In this document: piece after piece, positions 12,493 to 16,191 of the stretch
Position numbering within the stretch: the first letter of the stretch is position 1
Layout: each line of letters starts with the position of its first letter
IMG/VR virus record: IMGVR_UViG_3300010374_000001
Reading direction: 5' to 3' (one strand)
Length of the DNA stretch: 16,191 bases
Origin: a virus
Translations under genes and position numbers: made by a program
The notes under the pieces: generated by a model
Told to the model about the DNA's origin: nothing
The model's database searches: none
The model's input: the letters and a program-made list of their open reading frames with translations, nothing else

Positions 12493-14195
12493 TAGTACAC
12501 CGTACTGTAATTAACTGGAGTGCCTGATGCCTGCTGTGAATAGAGCCCTTGAGTAATGGCCGCTACTAAGTCGCGCTCTGTAGAAACCGAACCAGCCACA
12601 TTGACAGTTATCGATGCATTATTCATAGAAGTCTGAGAATATCCAGCAACACCAGATTGTGCTAGACGATCCTGAAGGGCTTGAATGTCTGGCATGGCTC
12701 TATCCAATTTCTGTTGGATAATTTCTCTTTGTTGCTCGATTGGTGTATTACGGCCATTCAATGCTTGCAGCTTCTTGAGTTGCTCGGAAATGTTATCAAG
12801 CATATTTCTAATAATTGTGCGAAGTTCATCTTCTATTACTTTTGCTAACTTAGATAACTCTGCTGACATTTGACCTAGAGTAGCCGCCCATGCAGTGAAA
12901 GGGTTTTCAATGTTATTTAGACCAACCATCTCACTACGAATAGTTGCCAGTTTTTGAGCATTGGAAACCATGCTATCCGCGAGGCGAGTAGCAGCACCTA
13001 GATTCTCTGCACTGATAGCTGCTTCTAATTCATAGATGTCTTTCTTTAACGCAATTCTGACTCGATCTTCTTCTGAGAGCTTGCCTTGAGCAGCAGCAGC
13101 TAACTGGATAGCTTCTTCATCAAAGACCTTCTTGCCTTGAGCTAGAAGCTCTGCGGCCTTATCTAAGGCTTCTTGCTTCTTTTTTTCAGCCGCTAGTTTT
13201 CTTTGTGTTTCTAATTCTTTATTCTTTAGCGCGTTCAATTCTCTTTGGCGTTTAATTGCTGCCTTCTCTAATGCAGCTAAAGCCTGTTGTTGTTTCTTTT
13301 CACTTAGGCTTTCTGTAGCTTTAGGCTTTATCGGAGCTGTAAAATTAATGCCAGCTTGCTTGCCAGCAAATCCTTCAAAGATATTCTTAGGTAGGTTCTT
13401 TAGGTTTCTAAGTAGGCTAGTTAATCCGCCACCTGCTGTGCCTATAGATAGTGTTACAAAGTTGAAAGCCTTTGCTAAGGTCTCAATAGCCTTTGCTGCA
13501 TCGCTAGCCTCTGTACCCCCACCAAGTCGAGCAAGGGCATCAACTAAGCCTTCTCCTATGATTTCCGAAGCGTTGCCTGTGGCTATGCTTAGAACTTCCA
13601 TTTTGTATGAAGTAGTGCTTAGGTAATCTTCTGCCGCGCCTGCTGATCTATTAAGTATGATGCCTAAAATGTCTGAGAATGTTTTAGTTTTTAATTCTGC
13701 CTGAGTCAAGCCTGTGTTGTACTTTACTAGACCGCGAGTAATTCCAACATAGCCTTTACCTAAATCTTCTGTGACTGTAGCAAGATCAATGCCAGAAGCT
13801 CGGCTAATAGTAATTGCATCATTGAGAAGTTTCTGAGACTGAGTCAATGAGCCTGTGGTGGTCAATAGGCGCTGAAACGCTGGACGAAGAACATCATCTG
13901 CAATGGCAGCAGACTTCTCAAGATTGGCTATGTACTCAGCAATCTGAGGATTAGCAAAGCCAATGCCTAGATTTTCTACTGCTCTGGTAAGTCTTAAAGC
14001 CGCTGCTTCATCTTCAGCAAAAGCCTTTACTGATGCCTTACTGTAAGCAAGGATTGCGTTAGCTCCAAAAGCAATACCAACTGCACCTGCTAGCTTCTTT
14101 ACATTGCCAGTTAATTTTTGTGTTGCTGTTTCGGCTTGCTTAAAAGCCTTTTTGCCAGTGAACTCCGCGGCAATGTTAATGGCTACATTGCTCAT
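12492..14195 (-). CDS. Tail tape measure protein
   Basis: 567-aa ORF with a GAGGAGA SD and an ATGA overlap upstream. The N-terminal half has a TP901-type TMP core pattern (ISRASGIDLATVTEDLGKGY...). It also has a central K/E/A/Q coiled coil and Gly/Ala-rich hydrophobic segments. Confidence 0.85.
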   Translation of the reverse strand: MSNVAINIAAEFTGKKAFKQAETATQKLTGNVKKLAGAVGIAFGANAILAYSKASVKAFAEDEAAALRLTRAVENLGIGFANPQIAEYIANLEKSAAIADDVLRPAFQRLLTTTGSLTQSQKLLNDAITISRASGIDLATVTEDLGKGYVGITRGLVKYNTGLTQAELKTKTFSDILGIILNRSAGAAEDYLSTTSYKMEVLSIATGNASEIIGEGLVDALARLGGGTEASDAAKAIETLAKAFNFVTLSIGTAGGGLTSLLRNLKNLPKNIFEGFAGKQAGINFTAPIKPKATESLSEKKQQQALAALEKAAIKRQRELNALKNKELETQRKLAAEKKKQEALDKAAELLAQGKKVFDEEAIQLAAAAQGKLSEEDRVRIALKKDIYELEAAISAENLGAATRLADSMVSNAQKLATIRSEMVGLNNIENPFTAWAATLGQMSAELSKLAKVIEDELRTIIRNMLDNISEQLKKLQALNGRNTPIEQQREIIQQKLDRAMPDIQALQDRLAQSGVAGYSQTSMNNASITVNVAGSVSTERDLVAAITQGLYSQQASGTPVNYSTVY

Positions 14196-14809
14196 GCGGC
14201 TCTCCTCAAATCTACTATTTCTGTTCTCTTATTGAATTGAGCAGTTGTATTTTCAATAGCCTTAAACACAGAAGCGTTAGCTTTACCTTGAGTCTTAGCC
14301 CACGCTCTAAAGATTAAGCGACCCATCATTCGATGGTCTCCCTTTTTGTTAGGGCCATAGAGCTGACCAAGATTAGAAATAAATTGATTGCCAGCATAAC
14401 GATTGACTGACCTAGACACGCCTTTGCTTGCGCCGCCAGCTTTAGGGCCTACCCAATTTTGACCCTGACCGTTCTTGCGGCCAGCAGTCTCATAGATAGC
14501 ACCAATCATGCTTTTGTTCTGGATTCTGACTGTATTAACAAAGCCATTGCGATTAGGTTGAGAAGGTGTAGTTTTATAGATGATGCCTCTGCGAATTACG
14601 CTTGAGTCATACATAGGAAATCTTGCCTCAGAAAATGCTCGAGGTTGCCATCCACTCATCGGAGATGAAGGCGGCACAAATGAGCGAGCTTCTGCAACTA
14701 CTGGCTTGAGAACTTTGCCAAGTTCTTTGGTTAATTCTTTGGCTAGGTCTGGAGCATAAGTAGCTAAAGCCTTACGAAGTGCGACCGCGCCTACTACTTC
14801 TGTTGGCAT
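14192..14809 (-). CDS. 205-aa basic protein, HK97-gp10-like (neck/tail-completion family) candidate, in a non-canonical position
   Basis: I place the start at ATG 14807-14809 (MPTEVVGAVAL...), with a perfect AAGGAG SD 7 nt upstream. The track start at 14830 lacks an SD. LRKALATYAPDLAKELTKELGKVLKPVVAEARSFVP and a later GAIYETAGR resemble the HK97 gp10 family layout. This is a by-eye assignment only. Confidence 0.45.
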   Translation of the reverse strand: MPTEVVGAVALRKALATYAPDLAKELTKELGKVLKPVVAEARSFVPPSSPMSGWQPRAFSEARFPMYDSSVIRRGIIYKTTPSQPNRNGFVNTVRIQNKSMIGAIYETAGRKNGQGQNWVGPKAGGASKGVSRSVNRYAGNQFISNLGQLYGPNKKGDHRMMGRLIFRAWAKTQGKANASVFKAIENTTAQFNKRTEIVDLRRAA

Positions 14810-15208
14810 CTCTAATCTCCTTCGCTTCATCAGTTAAACCCTGTAGCAATGCATTTAGCATTGTTCTGTCTAACTCTAATAAATGTTGTGGCGCGACCCC
14901 TAACCTTATGCTTAGCCTAGCAATAAGGTAGGTGAACGGGAGATCGCGCTTTAAGCTAAAGGGTCGGAATCAAGCACCTCGACACTTTTGAGTGTCTCGA
15001 TAAATTCCATCCCAAACGGCTTAACAGTCTCACCTGACCTGCGTGTAATTTCCCACGACAACCAATAGACATCCGACTGCTTCTCATCCAAACGAAACGC
15101 TTGGTGAAAGCCTTTCTTAGCATATTGTTCAAACGCATACTCCACTGCTGGAGTAATCTCGCCTTCTAATACGCTTCCATCTTGTCGAACTATCTTCAGT
15201 CTTGCCAT
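14772..15208 (-). CDS. Tail assembly chaperone frameshift product (gpGT-type, -1 PRF at 14957-14963), predicted 145 aa
   Basis: After C CCU UUA in frame 0, the -1 frame stays open for 61 codons: SLKRDLPFTYLIARLSIRLGVAPQHLLELDRTMLNALLQGLTDEAKEIRDANRSSRRGRTS. It ends at TAA 14772-14774. I translated this by hand from the reverse complement. Confidence 0.65.
14891..14963 (-). promoter_or_regulatory. Programmed -1 ribosomal frameshift cassette: CCCUUUA heptamer, 7-nt spacer and a nested stem-loop
   Basis: The heptamer at 14957-14963 (plus-strand taaaggg) is in X_XXY_YYZ register. The spacer is GCUUAAA. The outer stem pairs GCGCGAUCUC (14940-14949) with GGGGUCGCGC (14891-14900), giving 10 bp including 2 G-U pairs. 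The inner hairpin at 14904-14928 is CCUUAU(U)GCU/AGCAUAAGG with a 6-nt loop. Confidence 0.6.
14951..15208 (-). CDS. Tail assembly chaperone (gpG-type)
   Basis: 85-aa acidic ORF downstream of the major tail gene, with an AAGGGG SD. It ends with an in-frame slippery heptamer and has an open -1 frame downstream. Confidence 0.75.
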   Translation of the reverse strand: MARLKIVRQDGSVLEGEITPAVEYAFEQYAKKGFHQAFRLDEKQSDVYWLSWEITRRSGETVKPFGMEFIETLKSVEVLDSDPLA

Positions 15209-15230
15209 GTTTTGCCCCTTTGTTAGTTGT

Positions 15231-15650
15231 TTAGAAAGTACCTGTAGTTGCTACTGCCACTGTTGAGTTAGCAGTAAATGTAATCGATTGTACACCGATG
15301 TCAGCAACAGATCCGTTGATGTCGGTAGTGTTGTTGATTAACAGAGAAACGGTGTAAAGAGGGTTGGTAGCAGAAACTGCTGTTCCCTTTGTCTGTAGGA
15401 ATACAGCTGTGACTGTTGTTCCCCAAGCAGCCTGTAGTGTCTGCAATACGCTTCCTGTTGCTGTGTCATTCAAAAAGTCGATAGTTACGGTTGAGGCTTC
15501 TAGGCCTTTGACCGCACGACGGCTAGAATCACCCATTGCTGTGACATCTAGCTCCTCAAATACACGGTTGATAACTACGCTTGTTACATGGTCAGAGAGA
15601 TCAACAGAATTGATCTTCACGCCCACATTGTTATTTAGAAATATAGCCAT
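15231..15650 (-). CDS. Major tail (tube) protein
   Basis: I place the start at ATG 15648-15650 (MAIFLNNNVGVK..., 139 aa), with a GAGGA SD 9 nt upstream. It lies between the neck protein and the chaperone. It is a beta-rich sequence (VTAMGDSSRRAVKGLEASTVTIDF). Confidence 0.6.
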   Translation of the reverse strand: MAIFLNNNVGVKINSVDLSDHVTSVVINRVFEELDVTAMGDSSRRAVKGLEASTVTIDFLNDTATGSVLQTLQAAWGTTVTAVFLQTKGTAVSATNPLYTVSLLINNTTDINGSVADIGVQSITFTANSTVAVATTGTF

Positions 15651-15654
15651 GAGA

Positions 15655-15756
15655 TTATTCCTCGTCTTTCTTAGTAGTTGCTGGCTTAGGTGTTGATGGT
15701 GCAACCTGTCCGATCTTGATCAGAAAGGCCTCGTTCTCTTTATCCCAATCGGACAT
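15655..15756 (-). CDS. Possible 33-aa ORF between the neck and major tail genes (not in the track)
   Basis: Translation is MSDWDKENEAFLIKIGQVAPSTPKPATTKKDEE. The ATG lies 2 nt after the upstream TAA, and its stop lies 4 nt before the MTP ATG. A GGGAATAATC motif upstream mirrors the GAGGAATAATC before the MTP gene. Confidence 0.3.
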   Translation of the reverse strand: MSDWDKENEAFLIKIGQVAPSTPKPATTKKDEE

Positions 15757-15758
15757 GA

Positions 15759-16151
15759 TTATTCCCAACTTGTTAAAATAGATACGGACATCTCGCAGCT
15801 GAGCAGTTCCCCACTGGCAACATTGAGAATACTTGGTGCGCTTACCGCGCTTACATTATAGGTTAATCCTGATATAGATAGCTTCTTAAACACGGCACAA
15901 ACAAAATCTTCTATGCCATTCAAGTTGCCTTCGTTATCGAATAAAGCGGTTGTGATAATCAAACGAAAGTTAGCCATAGGGCTAATGCCTATGTGCTGGT
16001 TATTTGATGGAACAATGTATTCATCAGAAGGACTGACTATTACGGAATTGGCAAGGATAGTGCTTGGTGGAAAAGCAAAAACTTGATACTTTGTATTATC
16101 TACTAAAGCTGTGGCTAAGGTAGTTCTAAGGGTGGTAATTGGAACTGGCAT
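15759..16151 (-). CDS. Neck / tail-terminator-type head-tail joining protein
   Basis: 130-aa ORF whose ATG overlaps the adaptor stop (ATGA) across the circular junction. It lies directly upstream of the major tail gene. Its size and pattern (YQVFAFPPS...SVIVSPSDEY) are reminiscent of DUF3168/tail-terminator proteins. The call rests on position and pattern only. Confidence 0.5.
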   Translation of the reverse strand: MPVPITTLRTTLATALVDNTKYQVFAFPPSTILANSVIVSPSDEYIVPSNNQHIGISPMANFRLIITTALFDNEGNLNGIEDFVCAVFKKLSISGLTYNVSAVSAPSILNVASGELLSCEMSVSILTSWE

Positions 16152-16191
16152 CAGCCCACCATTGAAGTTGGTGCGAGTGCATGAGAAATCA
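16069..16191. repeat. Terminal direct repeat, copy 2 (identical to 1-123)
   Basis: Same comparison as copy 1. The repeat runs to the window edge, so its true extent is set by the window or assembly and not by the biology. Confidence 0.95.

Larger units (their letters stand above)
1..16191 (-). mobile_element. Complete small tailed-phage genome (HK97-fold head, long non-contractile tail); circularly closed contig with a 16,068-bp unit and all genes on the minus strand
   Basis: The full module order is on one strand: HNH, TerL, portal, protease/MCP, adaptor, (wrap) neck protein, MTP, chaperone G/GT, TMP, minor tail, fibre, lysis. The two window ends overlap exactly by 123 bp. There are no flanking host genes and no integrase. 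Confidence 0.8.

Noticed and set aside
13179-13185. In-register A_AAA_AAG slippery heptamer inside the tape measure gene (GA-A AAA AAG, within the AEKKKQE coiled coil).
   Set aside because: The -1 frame terminates after 6 codons (EARSLR-stop). I saw no stimulatory structure. Lys-rich coiled coils generate such runs by chance. It is at most a homopolymer hotspot for sequencing error.
14810-14830. 7-codon extension of the 205-aa ORF (MKRRRLE).
   Set aside because: These codons themselves spell the AAGGAG SD that serves ATG 14809, so the downstream ATG is the more likely start.
14956-15138. 60-aa minus-strand ORF nested in the chaperone gene.
   Set aside because: It is a different frame from both the G frame and the -1 GT extension that I traced. 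It is Arg/Leu/Ser-rich, like a shadow frame.
410-15696. All 13 plus-strand ORFs in the track: 410-652, 936-1358, 1461-2120, 2184-2399, 4689-4892, 6408-6659, 7067-7261, 9990-10337, 10725-10982, 12317-12514, 12685-12873, 13348-13626 and 15364-15696.
   Set aside because: Each lies entirely antisense to a well-supported minus-strand gene. Their compositions are low-complexity or Cys/Ser/Val-rich, as expected for shadow frames. They have no convincing SD and no recognisable motifs.
15651-15704. 18-codon N-terminal extension of the major tail ORF (MHHQHLSQQLLRKTRNNL).
   Set aside because: There is no SD before 15704, whereas GAGGA lies 9 nt before ATG 15650. The extension also overlaps the better-placed 33-aa frame.
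1-16191. Search by eye for tRNA genes, CRISPR arrays, att-like repeats, integrase or transposase genes, and toxin-antitoxin pairs.
   Set aside because: No cloverleaf-capable non-coding segment exists, because the gaps are too short and are filled by coupled ORFs. There are no spaced direct repeats. No ORF has recombinase or transposase motifs.

Overview
The window is a complete, circularly closed genome of a very small tailed phage. Positions 1-123 are base-for-base identical to 16069-16191, so the unique unit is 16,068 bp. All credible genes (about 31, including four short ORFs missing from the supplied track) lie on the minus strand. They are tightly packed, have canonical Shine-Dalgarno sites, and show many ATGA/TAATG/TGATG stop-start overlaps. 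Reading the minus strand from the only clear non-coding stretch (8236-8294), the order is: acidic 95-aa protein, 48-aa membrane protein, DUF6378-like protein, Sak3/DUF1071-like protein with a Cys/His tail, wHTH protein, Zn-ribbon protein, Hjc-like nuclease with Zn ribbon, FmdB-type Zn ribbon, signal-anchored transglycosylase-like enzyme, HNH endonuclease, large terminase, portal, and a single-chain prohead protease/linker/HK97-fold major capsid protein. A hairpin follows, then the head-tail adaptor. Across the circular junction come a neck/tail-terminator protein, a 33-aa ORF, the major tail protein, tail chaperone G/GT with a -1 frameshift cassette, a 205-aa HK97-gp10-like gene, the tape measure, a Dit-like minor tail protein and the fibre. 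After a 70-aa protein come an M15/LAS peptidase endolysin, two small membrane (holin-type) proteins, a 75-aa protein, a metallophosphoesterase and a 36-aa ORF. I found no tRNA, CRISPR array, integrase, DNA polymerase, primase/helicase or recognisable small terminase. I cannot point to a discrete new defence-type system. The features most worth follow-up are the CCCUUUA frameshift cassette with a nested downstream structure, and the non-canonical gene between GT and the tape measure. Others are the fused protease-capsid gene, the second (exported) muralytic enzyme upstream of HNH-TerL, the overlapping Zn-ribbon/nuclease trio, and the minimal gene set. All family assignments are by-eye motif recognition, not searches.
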